Assembly: GCA_965262915.1 (NCBI GenBank)
Contig: OZ253564.1
Span: forward strand, 3,392,001-3,456,000
Length of the DNA: 64,000 bases
Source: Candidatus Spongiisociaceae bacterium
Lineage (GTDB): Bacteria; Actinomycetota; Acidimicrobiia; Spongiisociales; Spongiisociaceae
Direction: 5' to 3'
The first letter of the stretch is position 1. Each line of letters opens with the position of its first letter. The translations under genes were made by a program, and so were the position numbers. Shown here piece after piece: positions 39,622 through 49,044 of this stretch. The notes beneath the pieces are model-generated. The model saw only the letters and a list, made by a program, of their open reading frames with translations, had not been told where the DNA came from and ran no database searches.

Positions 39622-40413
39622 GTGAGGCTGCTCTTCGCCGAGTTGACTCGTGAGGAATCCCGGACGATCGCCCGGGACGGATTGCTGGTTCTGCCCGTAG
39701 GCGCGACCGAACAGCACGGACCTCACCTGCCGGTCGGGACAGACTCCATGGGCGCCGAACACGTGTCCCGGTCCGCGGCTGCGACCGTCGCGAACCGGTT
39801 CCCGGTAGCGGTCGCCCCCACCCTGTGGTACGGATCTTCCCCCCACCACATTCCGTTCGGGGGCACCATGTCGCTGACCGCCGCAACGTTCCTGTCTGTC
39901 CTAATGGACATCGGGCGATCGATCGCCCGCGCTTCCTTCCGCCGACTCTTCATCGTCAACGGCCACGGCGGGAACCACGAGTTGATAGGCCTCGCCGCCC
40001 GTGACCTCGCTCTGGAGGAAGGCATCGAAGTGGCGGCATGCTCCTGGTGGCACTTGGCGGCCCACGGGCTGGCGGCCGCAGGCGCCCGTGAGATCGGTCG
40101 ACTCCCTGGCCACGCGGGCGCGTTCGAAACGTCGCTGGTTCTGGCTCTGGACGGATCCCTGGTACGGACTCCCCGCCCCCACCGGCCTGCGTGGAGGGGC
40201 TCGATCGGCTCCATAGACGTGCCGGTGAGGATCGAGCGACCGGGAAGCTGGCAGGCCACCGAAGGATTCACCGACAGTCCGGCCGCCGGATCCGCCGAGT
40301 TGGGCCACACCTTCCTGAAGATCGGAATCGACGCGGTGGCGGCGGCCATGATCGAGTTCTACGAGGGTTCACCGAGCGCGCATGGCGCTCCGGGCGAAAA
40401 GGAGAGGACATGA
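39622..40413 (+). CDS. Creatininase-family amidohydrolase
   Basis: PVGATEQHGPHLPVGTD, S.HH..FGGT, VNGHGGN, GHAGAFETS. Confidence 0.9.
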   Translation: MRLLFAELTREESRTIARDGLLVLPVGATEQHGPHLPVGTDSMGAEHVSRSAAATVANRFPVAVAPTLWYGSSPHHIPFGGTMSLTAATFLSVLMDIGRSIARASFRRLFIVNGHGGNHELIGLAARDLALEEGIEVAACSWWHLAAHGLAAAGAREIGRLPGHAGAFETSLVLALDGSLVRTPRPHRPAWRGSIGSIDVPVRIERPGSWQATEGFTDSPAAGSAELGHTFLKIGIDAVAAAMIEFYEGSPSAHGAPGEKERT

Positions 40414-41582
40414 GCAACTTGTTCGAACGGGCGACCGCGGCCATCGATGCTCGCCGGGTGGTGGACCTGACTCGGGCCTTGTGCGGCGTCTCGTCGGATG
40501 ATCCCCGCGCGGAGGGCCCCCGTGCAGAGATCATCGCCGAGGCTCTGGAACGCGCCGGAGTGGATGTCCACATAGCGGATGTCGTCGAAGGACGACCCAA
40601 CGTGATCGCAAGGGTGAAGGGCGACGGCAGGCGGGCACCGCTTGTCCTGCAGGGTCACATCGACGCCGGCGTGTACCCCTTGGACTGGACGCACGACCCG
40701 CATGATCCGTGGGAGGAGGGGGACCGGCTTTACGGCGGTGGCATCAGCGACATGCTCGGGGGTGTCGCGGCAATGGTGGCGGCTATGGAAGCGGCCCCCG
40801 AATTCGGACCCCTGCCGGGTGATCTCGTGCTTCATGCGACCATGTATCACGACGGCATTGGGCTCGGCTCGAAGTACGCGCTGATGACCGAAGGTCCCAC
40901 CGAGGGCTATGGGATCTGCGGGGAACCGTCGGACTTGAACATCCATACTGGCAACGGTGGGGCTTTCAAGTTCGAGATCACCCTCACCGGCTCCCCGGCA
41001 CACGTGTCACGGATGGAGTCGGCCGTCGATACTCTCCGCCCCGCGGTGGCGGTATACGACAAGCTCGTGGACCACGAGTTCGCGCACCGGCCCGAACCCC
41101 GCCTCCCTGACCTGCCGCGGCTGTTGATCGGGGAACTCCAGGCCGGTAGCTCACCGGCCGCGGTGGCGGAGTCGGCGACCATCCGCGGTGATCTCCGGTA
41201 CGTACCCGGTATGGACCGGACCACGGTCAGGCAGGAGATCGTGAAGATCGTCGACAGCGTGGTGCCGGACGACGTGGGCAGTAGGGTGCGTGTCATCGGC
41301 GTCCACCAACCCTTCCTGGGGGCTACCTCAGGTCCCCTGGTCGACGCCATAACGGCCGCGCAGACCGCAATCGTCGGCCAAGCTCCGCGAGTGACGAACG
41401 AGTTACCCGGCCAAGCCTTCGTAACCGACGCGGCCGACCTGGTAGCCGCGGGTTTGGAGACGGTCGTCTACGGGGTGGGCGCCTGGTACTACGGTCCCGA
41501 CGAGTGGGTGTGGATCGACCACCTGGCCGGATCAGCGCGCGTGTACCTGGCCGTGGCGGCCATGCTGGGCGCCGACTCGTGA
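40410..41582 (+). CDS. M20 (ArgE/DapE-like) metallo-hydrolase with atypical ligands
   Basis: GRPNVIA, GHID, DMLGG, GEPS, AHVS; EE motif reads HD, terminal His reads Y. Confidence 0.75.
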   Translation: MSNLFERATAAIDARRVVDLTRALCGVSSDDPRAEGPRAEIIAEALERAGVDVHIADVVEGRPNVIARVKGDGRRAPLVLQGHIDAGVYPLDWTHDPHDPWEEGDRLYGGGISDMLGGVAAMVAAMEAAPEFGPLPGDLVLHATMYHDGIGLGSKYALMTEGPTEGYGICGEPSDLNIHTGNGGAFKFEITLTGSPAHVSRMESAVDTLRPAVAVYDKLVDHEFAHRPEPRLPDLPRLLIGELQAGSSPAAVAESATIRGDLRYVPGMDRTTVRQEIVKIVDSVVPDDVGSRVRVIGVHQPFLGATSGPLVDAITAAQTAIVGQAPRVTNELPGQAFVTDAADLVAAGLETVVYGVGAWYYGPDEWVWIDHLAGSARVYLAVAAMLGADS

Positions 41583-41620
41583 CCGCACACAGCACGTCCG
41601 TGGCCTGAGGCTTGGTCGCG

Positions 41621-42460
41621 ATGATCGTCGACGCCCATACCCATGTAGGTTCCCGTGCGCATTTCAGTCCCAAGTTCGTGGCCGAGATGGTCCGTGCCTG
41701 GGGCGAGATGCGGTGGCCGGAGGACGATCTGGCTGCGCACCGTAAGGCGATGGAACAGGTCGACCGGGCGATAGTGGTGGCGATGGACGCCCCGGCGGTC
41801 GGGATGGTGGTGCCCAACGACTACGTGAGCGAGTACGTCTCGTCCCATCCGGGGAAGCTGATCGGGTTCGCCAGCGTCGATCCCAGCCGGCCCGACGCTC
41901 TGGAGCGGCTCACCTTCGCGGCCGAGGAACTAGGTCTCATGGGCCTCAAGGTGGGGCCCATCTACCAGCACTTCGATCCGACCTCCCCCCAGGCCATCGC
42001 CTTGTTCCGGCGCGCCGAGAAGCTCGGGTTGCCCGTGCTCTGCCACCAGGGCACCACCTTCCTCTCGGACGCTCCGCTGCGCTGGGCCAGGCCGTTCCTG
42101 ATAGATGACGTCGCCCGTGCCTGCCCGGACCTGCGGTTGTTCATCGCCCACCTGGGACATCCGTGGTGCGAGGAGACAATGGCGGTGATACGCAAGCACC
42201 CCAACCTGTACGCGGATGTCTCCGCCCTGCACACCAGGCCGGTCCAGCTGTACATGGCGCTGCGGTCGGCGATGGAATACCGAGTCACAGACAAGCTCCT
42301 GTTCGGTAGCGACTTCCCTTTCGCCACGCCTTCCGGCACCGCGGAAGCGTTGCGCACGGTGAACGACTCGGTAGGCAAGGGCTGGCCGCCGATACCGGCC
42401 AACGTCATCGAGCAGATCATCCTGCGCCCGACACTGCAGTTGCTGGGCCTAGAAGGTTAG
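41621..42460 (+). CDS. Amidohydrolase family (Amidohydro_2), paralog of 35676-36566
   Basis: IVDAHTH, GLKVGPIYQ, HQG, AHLGHPW, YADVSA, FGSDFP. Confidence 0.88.
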   Translation: MIVDAHTHVGSRAHFSPKFVAEMVRAWGEMRWPEDDLAAHRKAMEQVDRAIVVAMDAPAVGMVVPNDYVSEYVSSHPGKLIGFASVDPSRPDALERLTFAAEELGLMGLKVGPIYQHFDPTSPQAIALFRRAEKLGLPVLCHQGTTFLSDAPLRWARPFLIDDVARACPDLRLFIAHLGHPWCEETMAVIRKHPNLYADVSALHTRPVQLYMALRSAMEYRVTDKLLFGSDFPFATPSGTAEALRTVNDSVGKGWPPIPANVIEQIILRPTLQLLGLEG

Positions 42461-42468
42461 GAGTCTTT

Positions 42469-43587
42469 ATGAGAATCGAGCGGATACGCACCACGGCGGT
42501 GGCCGTGCCGATGATCGAGGAACGCATCATCGCCGGAGCCAGGGGAACCCACAGCCTCTCTCCCTTCTTGATCGTCGAGGTGGATACCGACGAGGGTCTG
42601 GTCGGCCTCGGCGAAGTGTCCTGCACTCCTCTCTGGAGCGGCGAGGACTCCTCCACCGCTCGCCACGTGATCAGCTCCTACATAGAACCGGCGGTCGTCG
42701 GGTCTGATCCCCGGTCGCCCGAGAGGCTCTATCCGATGATCGACGGCGCCATCGCCGGTCATTACTTCACCAAGGCCGGAGTGGAGATGGCGATGTGGGA
42801 CATTGCCGGGAAGGCAGCCGGGCTTCCGGTTCATCGGCTACTGGGTGGACCGGTCAGGTCTCGCATCCCGACCAAGTTCTCGGTAACGGGTCGAGAGCCG
42901 GCCCACGCCGCCGACGTCGCCTCTTGGGCGGTTGGCCGAGGTTTCCGGGCCATGAAGGTCAAAGTGGGTAGGGGCGGCGTAGCGGCCGACGTCGCGCGGG
43001 TGGCGGCGGTGCGGGCCGCTATCGGTGACGACGTGATCCTCGGCGTGGATGCGAACGGTGGATGGAACCGCGGTGAAGCGATCCAGGCCGGTGGGCAGAT
43101 CGCCTCCTTGGGGGTTTCGTTCATGGAACAGCCGGTACCAGCCCGGGACCTGGCTGGTATGGCCGAAGTACGGCGGCAGGTCAGGATGCCGGTGGTCGCA
43201 GACGAGTCCGCCGGCACACCAGAGGACGCGGCCCAACTGGCCGTGAACGAGTCGTGTGACATCCTGTCCATCTACGTCGGTATGGCCGGCGGAATAGCCG
43301 CCGCACGACGGGTGGCGGCGGTGGCCACCTCCTTCGGTCTCGGGTGGACCATCGGTTCCAACCTGGAACTTGGCATCGCGCTGGCGGCGCATATCCACAT
43401 CGCAGCCTCGACCCCCGGCTTCGATCGACGCGTCCCGGCCGACATCCTCAGCCCCTTCTACTACGAGGGAGACGTGATCGCCGAGCCTCTTGACGTGAGG
43501 GCAGGCGAAGCCGTCGCGCCCGAAGGGCCGGGCCTCGGAGTGCGTCTCGATCGGGAGGCGCTGGAACGCTACCGGAACGCGCGTTGA
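42469..43587 (+). CDS. Enolase superfamily, muconate-lactonizing-enzyme subgroup
   Basis: KVKVG, VDANG, MEQP, VADES, GPGLG. Confidence 0.88.
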   Translation: MRIERIRTTAVAVPMIEERIIAGARGTHSLSPFLIVEVDTDEGLVGLGEVSCTPLWSGEDSSTARHVISSYIEPAVVGSDPRSPERLYPMIDGAIAGHYFTKAGVEMAMWDIAGKAAGLPVHRLLGGPVRSRIPTKFSVTGREPAHAADVASWAVGRGFRAMKVKVGRGGVAADVARVAAVRAAIGDDVILGVDANGGWNRGEAIQAGGQIASLGVSFMEQPVPARDLAGMAEVRRQVRMPVVADESAGTPEDAAQLAVNESCDILSIYVGMAGGIAAARRVAAVATSFGLGWTIGSNLELGIALAAHIHIAASTPGFDRRVPADILSPFYYEGDVIAEPLDVRAGEAVAPEGPGLGVRLDREALERYRNAR

Positions 43588-43618
43588 TGCCGCTTCGACG
43601 CGGCATCGGAACCGTACC

Positions 43619-44743
43619 TTGCGCATAACCGGCATCACGGCCACACCTGTCGAGGTTCCCCGGCTGGCCCGTTTCCTCCCGAAGACCGCGCACGGGGCAG
43701 TTCGGGCCAGCCGCTACGTCGTGCTCGAGATCGAATGCAGCCCCGGAAGGAGGGGGCTCGGCGAGATCACCTGTGATCCTCTGTGGAACGGGGAGGAAGC
43801 CCTCGAAACGTCCCAGCTCCTGAAAGGTCCTCTGGGAGACGCCCTGCTCGGCGCCGATCCTCTCCAGTGGGCCGATGTATCCGCCCGGATCGACGCGACG
43901 GTCAGCAACCGGCCATTCCTACGGGCGGCCGTCGAGATGGCCTGCCTGGATGTAGCCGGCCGGCACCTCGGGGTACCGGCCCATGCCTTCCTAGGCGGCG
44001 CGTACCGCACGCAGATCGCCACCAAGCTGGTGCTCCCCGCCCGGGATGTCGAGACGGTAAGGGCCATGGCTGCCGACGCGGTCAGCCTGGGGGCCACCAC
44101 CCTTAAGGTAAAGGTCGGGCTGGGAGTCGAAGAGGACCTTGCCCGTGTTGCCGCGGTCCGCTGCGTTGCCGGGCCGAACGTCCGGATCACCGTCGACGCC
44201 AACGAGGGCTGGACGCCCGAGGAGGCAGGAACGGCGTTCGAGCGACTTGCGGCCCTCGGCGTGGTGGCGGTCGAGCAGCCCCTACCGAGAGAAGCCGCCG
44301 GAGCGTCCGCGGCGCTCCTCGCGGCAAACTCGATGGCTGTGATGGGCGACGAGTCGATATGGACGGAGCGGGATGTGGTCGCAGCGGCCCGAAACCGCTC
44401 CTTCGACACGGTCAATCTCTATCCCGGCAAGTGCGGAGGACTTAGGCGAACGATCCAGATGGCGAGTCTGGCCCGGGCCCTCGGGTTGGCCGTCTCCTTC
44501 GGTTCCAACCTCGAACTCGGCGTCGGGGCAGCAGCGATGGCCCAAACTGCGGCGGCGACGAAGGTCCTTAGCCCGATCGTGCCGTCCGACCTCATCGGTC
44601 CGCTCTACTTCGAAGCAACGATGGTCGAGGACGCGGGGTTCGTGGGGTGGCGATCTGCCGTGGTTCCCCCCGGCGCCGGTCTAGGGATCCGGCTCGACCG
44701 TGACGCGCTGGACTCCTACCGGATCCGCGACGAAGCGGACTGA
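43619..44743 (+). CDS. Enolase superfamily, muconate-lactonizing-enzyme subgroup
   Basis: KVKVG, VDANE, VEQP, MGDES, GAGLG; TTG start. Confidence 0.86.
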   Translation: MRITGITATPVEVPRLARFLPKTAHGAVRASRYVVLEIECSPGRRGLGEITCDPLWNGEEALETSQLLKGPLGDALLGADPLQWADVSARIDATVSNRPFLRAAVEMACLDVAGRHLGVPAHAFLGGAYRTQIATKLVLPARDVETVRAMAADAVSLGATTLKVKVGLGVEEDLARVAAVRCVAGPNVRITVDANEGWTPEEAGTAFERLAALGVVAVEQPLPREAAGASAALLAANSMAVMGDESIWTERDVVAAARNRSFDTVNLYPGKCGGLRRTIQMASLARALGLAVSFGSNLELGVGAAAMAQTAAATKVLSPIVPSDLIGPLYFEATMVEDAGFVGWRSAVVPPGAGLGIRLDRDALDSYRIRDEAD

Positions 44744-44809
44744 CCCGTATCGAACGCCTATGCTTCAGGATGGGTGCTTTGTGATCACTTGATACGTTCG
44801 AGAGACGGG
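44744..44809. terminator. Inverted repeat after the second enolase-family gene (possible terminator/processing stem)
   Basis: CCCGT.TCGAACG ... CGTTCGA...ACGGG; long loop, no U-tract. Confidence 0.3.
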
Positions 44810-44895
44810 CACCACAATATCCCAACGCAAACGGCTGCGCTGAGCGCAGCCAAATTGACCATGTGGAGATACGACCCTTCACGGAGGAGGACTCG

Positions 44896-46122
44896 ATGAC
44901 GATTCGAGGACGCTTAGTTACCACGCTCTTGGCCCTCGCGCTAGTGGTGGCCGCATGCGGCGAGGACGAGCCGGCACCGACGACGGCAGCTGCCACCACG
45001 GCAGCGCCCACGACGACACCTGCAACGACAGCGGCACCTGCAACGACAGCGGCACCTGCAACGACGGCGATGGCCGAAGCGATGAGCGTATGTGAAGGGG
45101 CAACCCTGAGCTTCATCGGGCTTGACGGAGAAGCCGGTGAGACCGAACTCGAGGCATGGAGAGCGGAAAACGGCGTCGCGCTCGAGACCAACTGGCCGGG
45201 CAGCTGGCCGCAGTTCGTCGCAGCGATCAAGATCGGTGACGTGTACGACCTAGCCACAATCGCCTACCACGTCGGTCCCCGGCACATCGAGGCAGGCCTA
45301 TTCCAGCCGATCGACACTTCCAGGCTGGAGAACTGGGACAAGATGTTCCCCGGACTCAGGGAGAACTCGTCGCTACGGGGTGCGGACGGTCAGGTGTACG
45401 GTGTGCCGATAGCCTGGGGCGACGGGCCTTTCATCTACCATCCCGGGCGGGTACCCAATCCTCCCACCTCGATTAAGGAACTGATGGAGCCCGAGTGGGA
45501 GGGCCGCTTCACGATTTTCGACTCTCCGACCCTGGTGTTCTCGATGCTGGCAGTCGCGAACGGGTTCGATGACGGTATGGGTGATCGTACCAACATCACC
45601 GGTGAGCAGCTCGAGGTTGTGAAGGGACAGGCACTGCAGATCGTTCGTAACGCCTCCGCTTTCGCCAATGGCTACCGCGACGCGACCGATGTCATGGTGG
45701 CGGGCGACTCCGACCTGAATGTCAACGGCTGGGAGGCCATGCTGACATGGGCAGAGGAGCAGGGCGAAACCCTGGACTTCGCCTTCTTCGAGGAGTCCGG
45801 CGGTGGTGGTTGGTGGGACGGGCTCGCCATTCCCGTTACAGCCGACGATGTGGACTGTGCCTACGAGTACATCGACCTGATGATCTCCGATGAGATCAAC
45901 GCCCAGGTGGGCGAGAACCTGGTGTCCGGTGTGGTCAATGCCAACTCGGCAGACATCGCCGGTCCGGGGGCACAGATATACGACTACGACCTGGTGCGGA
46001 CCGACACCTCGGCCGTTTCCTTCCGCAACGCTCAGCCACCTGAGGACGACGAGGCGCCCGAGGGCATCTCCACGATCTCCGACTGGCTGGACGCCTGGGA
46101 GGAGATCAAAGCCGAGGCGTAG
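44896..46122 (+). CDS. Polyamine-type ABC substrate-binding lipoprotein (PotD/PotF-like)
   Basis: Lipobox VAAC; TTAAP repeats; YGVPIAWG, WWDGLAIP, AYEYID. Confidence 0.82.
   Translation: MTIRGRLVTTLLALALVVAACGEDEPAPTTAAATTAAPTTTPATTAAPATTAAPATTAMAEAMSVCEGATLSFIGLDGEAGETELEAWRAENGVALETNWPGSWPQFVAAIKIGDVYDLATIAYHVGPRHIEAGLFQPIDTSRLENWDKMFPGLRENSSLRGADGQVYGVPIAWGDGPFIYHPGRVPNPPTSIKELMEPEWEGRFTIFDSPTLVFSMLAVANGFDDGMGDRTNITGEQLEVVKGQALQIVRNASAFANGYRDATDVMVAGDSDLNVNGWEAMLTWAEEQGETLDFAFFEESGGGGWWDGLAIPVTADDVDCAYEYIDLMISDEINAQVGENLVSGVVNANSADIAGPGAQIYDYDLVRTDTSAVSFRNAQPPEDDEAPEGISTISDWLDAWEEIKAEA
45019..45066 (+). repeat. 18-bp tandem repeat (CCTGCAACGACAGCGGCA) encoding PATTAA linker
   Basis: Read directly, about 2.6 copies. 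Confidence 0.85.
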
Positions 46123-46157
46123 GGACTGCGCCTAATGGTGTCACCCCTCGGCGTAGG

Positions 46158-47087
46158 ATGACCGACAGCATCTCAACAAAGCGAGGGCCTCGCAGGTGGC
46201 GTTCCCGATCGGGAGCACCCGGCGAGGTCCTCGCCGCGATCGATCGCCGCCGGAGGCTGGCTGCTTGGCTGCAGCTGTTTCCCGGCTCCGCGTATTTCAC
46301 GCTGCTGTTCCTCGTGCCGCTAGGCGGTCTGCTGGCGATGAGCTTCTTCAGGTTGGTGGACTTCGATCCCGTTCCTGCCTTCGTTCTCTCGAACTACGTA
46401 GAGGTGCTGACAACCTCGATTCACGCCCGGCTCGGACTGCGGACCATCCAGGTGGCCGCAGTCCTTACCGTCATCGTTCTGCTGATCAGTTTCCCTTGCG
46501 CCTATGTCCTCAACTTCGTGTTCAGGGCCAAGCGCCAGCTTCTCTACTTTCTGATCCTTGTCAGCCTGTTCGGCGGTTACATCGTCCGGATCTACGCGTG
46601 GCGGAGCATTCTCGGTCGCCAGGGGGTCATCAACCAGACGCTCATGGGGATGGGCTTCATCGAGGAACCGATCCGGTACCTACTCAACAGCATGTTCGCA
46701 GTGGGGGCTTCCCTGGTGAACTTCCTCGTCCCGCTGGGAGTGCTCCCGATCTATGCCGCCATGCAGAACGTGTCTCCTCACGTGATCGAGGCGGCTCGGG
46801 ATCTCGGAGCATCAAGAATCCGGGCAGCGCGCCAGATCGTCCTCCCGCTCTCCATGCGGGGAGTTCGCGCTGCGACAGCGTTCGTGTTCATAGCGACGCT
46901 CGGTGAGTGGGTAACCCCGCGACTCCTTGGTGGAACCAATGACCTTCTGATCGGTAACCGGATCGAGTTCTACTTCGGCCAGAGCCTGGAATGGCCCCAG
47001 GGAGCGGCCCTGGCCATGACCCTGATGGTGGCGATGGGTATCTTCGCGTTCATCATCATCTCGCTGATGAAACGGTTGACGCGATGA
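46158..47087 (+). CDS. ABC permease (PotB-like)
   Basis: IVRIYAW, LPIYAAM, EAARDLGAS, TPRLLGG. Confidence 0.88.
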   Translation: MTDSISTKRGPRRWRSRSGAPGEVLAAIDRRRRLAAWLQLFPGSAYFTLLFLVPLGGLLAMSFFRLVDFDPVPAFVLSNYVEVLTTSIHARLGLRTIQVAAVLTVIVLLISFPCAYVLNFVFRAKRQLLYFLILVSLFGGYIVRIYAWRSILGRQGVINQTLMGMGFIEEPIRYLLNSMFAVGASLVNFLVPLGVLPIYAAMQNVSPHVIEAARDLGASRIRAARQIVLPLSMRGVRAATAFVFIATLGEWVTPRLLGGTNDLLIGNRIEFYFGQSLEWPQGAALAMTLMVAMGIFAFIIISLMKRLTR

Positions 47088-47896
47088 CGGCGTTGGGTTG
47101 GCGCCGAACAGTGGTGGGCCTGCGGCGTCGACCCCTAGGATCGGCTGCCTTCATTGTACTAGTGTTCGCTTTCCTGTTCGCGCCCCTGGTAGTCATGGTC
47201 GCGTTCTCCTTCAACTCGTCTCCCCGTCTCAGCTTTCCCTTCGCGGGGGTGTCGATCCGTTGGTATCAGGAGATCTTCACCGACACTCTGGTATTACGGG
47301 CCTTCCGGCGCAGCATCCAAGCCGCGGTGGTCACTGCGGGCATTACCGGCTTCCTCGGACTCCCTGCTGCCTTGGGGATACTGAAAGTCGCAGCCCGGTG
47401 GAGGACGGTCTTTCTGACCACTGCCCTGGGTCCGCTCACCATCCCGGGGCTCCTCTACGCGATCGGGCTGGCGGTCTTCTACCGGCAGATCGGCGTGGGA
47501 CGTTCGATATGGAGCGCCAATCTCGGACATGCTCTCGTGGCACTGCCTTTCGTCTTCTTGATACTCGGGGCCTCTCTCGAACGGTTCCGGTTCGGTCTTC
47601 TGGAGGCAGCGCAGGACCTGGGAGCGACACGCTGGCACGCGTTCAGGACCATCACCCTTCCCCTGATCCTGCCGGCCGTCATAGGGGCCATGCTTCTGGC
47701 GGCGGCGATCTCGGTGGATGACTTCGTCATTGCCTTTTTCACGGCGGGGCAGGACAAGACGCTACCGCTCGTGATGTACGGGAGGGTCCTGAAGGGTATC
47801 GATCCGACCCTGAACGCGATAGGTACAGTGATGCTCATACTCACGACGAGCCTGGCATTCATGGCTGCCAGCAGAACCACGATCGGTGAACGATGA
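47084..47896 (+). CDS. ABC permease (PotC-like)
   Basis: FSFN, SIRWY, LLEAAQDLGA, SVDDFVIAFF, TLPL. Confidence 0.88.
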   Translation: MTALGWRRTVVGLRRRPLGSAAFIVLVFAFLFAPLVVMVAFSFNSSPRLSFPFAGVSIRWYQEIFTDTLVLRAFRRSIQAAVVTAGITGFLGLPAALGILKVAARWRTVFLTTALGPLTIPGLLYAIGLAVFYRQIGVGRSIWSANLGHALVALPFVFLILGASLERFRFGLLEAAQDLGATRWHAFRTITLPLILPAVIGAMLLAAAISVDDFVIAFFTAGQDKTLPLVMYGRVLKGIDPTLNAIGTVMLILTTSLAFMAASRTTIGER

Positions 47897-49035
47897 CCAG
47901 CGGTTCGGGACAATCCGCACAACCTGCGATCTTCCTGGAAGGGGTTACGAAGCGTTTCGGCAACGTTGTTGCCGTCGACAACGTAACCTTGGCCGTGGAT
48001 GAGGGCGAGTTCTTCTCCCTCCTGGGACCGAGCGGTTGCGGGAAGACCACCCTTCTTAGAATGCTGGCCGGGTTCGAGACGCCGGACGAAGGTTCGGTAT
48101 ACCTCCGCGGAGAGGACGTGACCCTGGTCCAGCCCAACAAGCGGGCCACCAACATGGTCTTCCAGAACTACGAGTTGTTCCCACATATGACCGTGTTCAA
48201 CAACGTCGCCTACGGCCTGAAGCTGAAGCGAACTCCCAAGAACGAGATCGAGCGGCGGGTGGACGAGATGCTGGAGGTAGTGGGAGTCGGTGGTCTGGGC
48301 GCCCGGGCGGCTGACCAACTATCCGGAGGGCAGCAGCAACGCGTGGCCCTGGCGAGGGCCCTCATCAACCGGCCGGCGGTGCTGCTCCTCGACGAACCGC
48401 TCAGCGCGCTGGACGTAAAGCTTCGTAAGCGTATGCAACTCGAACTCAAGTCCATCCAGCACTCCCTCGGGACCACCTTCGTCTACGTGACCCATGACCA
48501 GGAGGAAGCCCTGTTGATGTCGGATCGGGTGGGGATTATGGACCGCGGACGCTTGTTGCAGATCGACGCTCCGCGCGCCATCTACGAACATCCGAGAAAC
48601 GAGTTCGTGGCGGACTTCGTGGGAACCCTTAATGCCTTCGTCATCACCGTGACCCGCTCAGACGGCACCTTCGCAGTGGCAGAGCACGACAATGGCGACC
48701 GGATCGTCGTGATGGCGGGTGACCTTCATGGACCGGGAGACACCCTGCGGGTAGCGGTAAGGCCCGAGCGGATCGTCGTGTCGCCTGTCGGTGAGGGTTG
48801 TGACTCCCAGAAGTTCGACAACAGGGTCTCCGGCCGGGTGCAGGACGTGATCTACATGGGGCCGATCACCCAATACCTGGTTGATACCGGCATGCTGGGT
48901 CGCGTCGTCAGCCAGAGGGTCAGCAACGAGGAGGCCACCTCCATCACGCCCGGTTTGAAAGTAGTCGTGACCTGGGGGGTCGATGCTGCGTTCCCGCTCA
49001 GCGACCGCGACCCCGTCAATTCCCCTGACACCTAG
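47893..49035 (+). CDS. ABC ATPase (PotA-like)
   Basis: GPSGCGKTT, LSGGQQQRVALARAL, LDEPLSALD, VTHDQEEAL, FVADFVG. Confidence 0.92.
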   Translation: MTSGSGQSAQPAIFLEGVTKRFGNVVAVDNVTLAVDEGEFFSLLGPSGCGKTTLLRMLAGFETPDEGSVYLRGEDVTLVQPNKRATNMVFQNYELFPHMTVFNNVAYGLKLKRTPKNEIERRVDEMLEVVGVGGLGARAADQLSGGQQQRVALARALINRPAVLLLDEPLSALDVKLRKRMQLELKSIQHSLGTTFVYVTHDQEEALLMSDRVGIMDRGRLLQIDAPRAIYEHPRNEFVADFVGTLNAFVITVTRSDGTFAVAEHDNGDRIVVMAGDLHGPGDTLRVAVRPERIVVSPVGEGCDSQKFDNRVSGRVQDVIYMGPITQYLVDTGMLGRVVSQRVSNEEATSITPGLKVVVTWGVDAAFPLSDRDPVNSPDT

Positions 49036-49044
49036 CCAGATACG

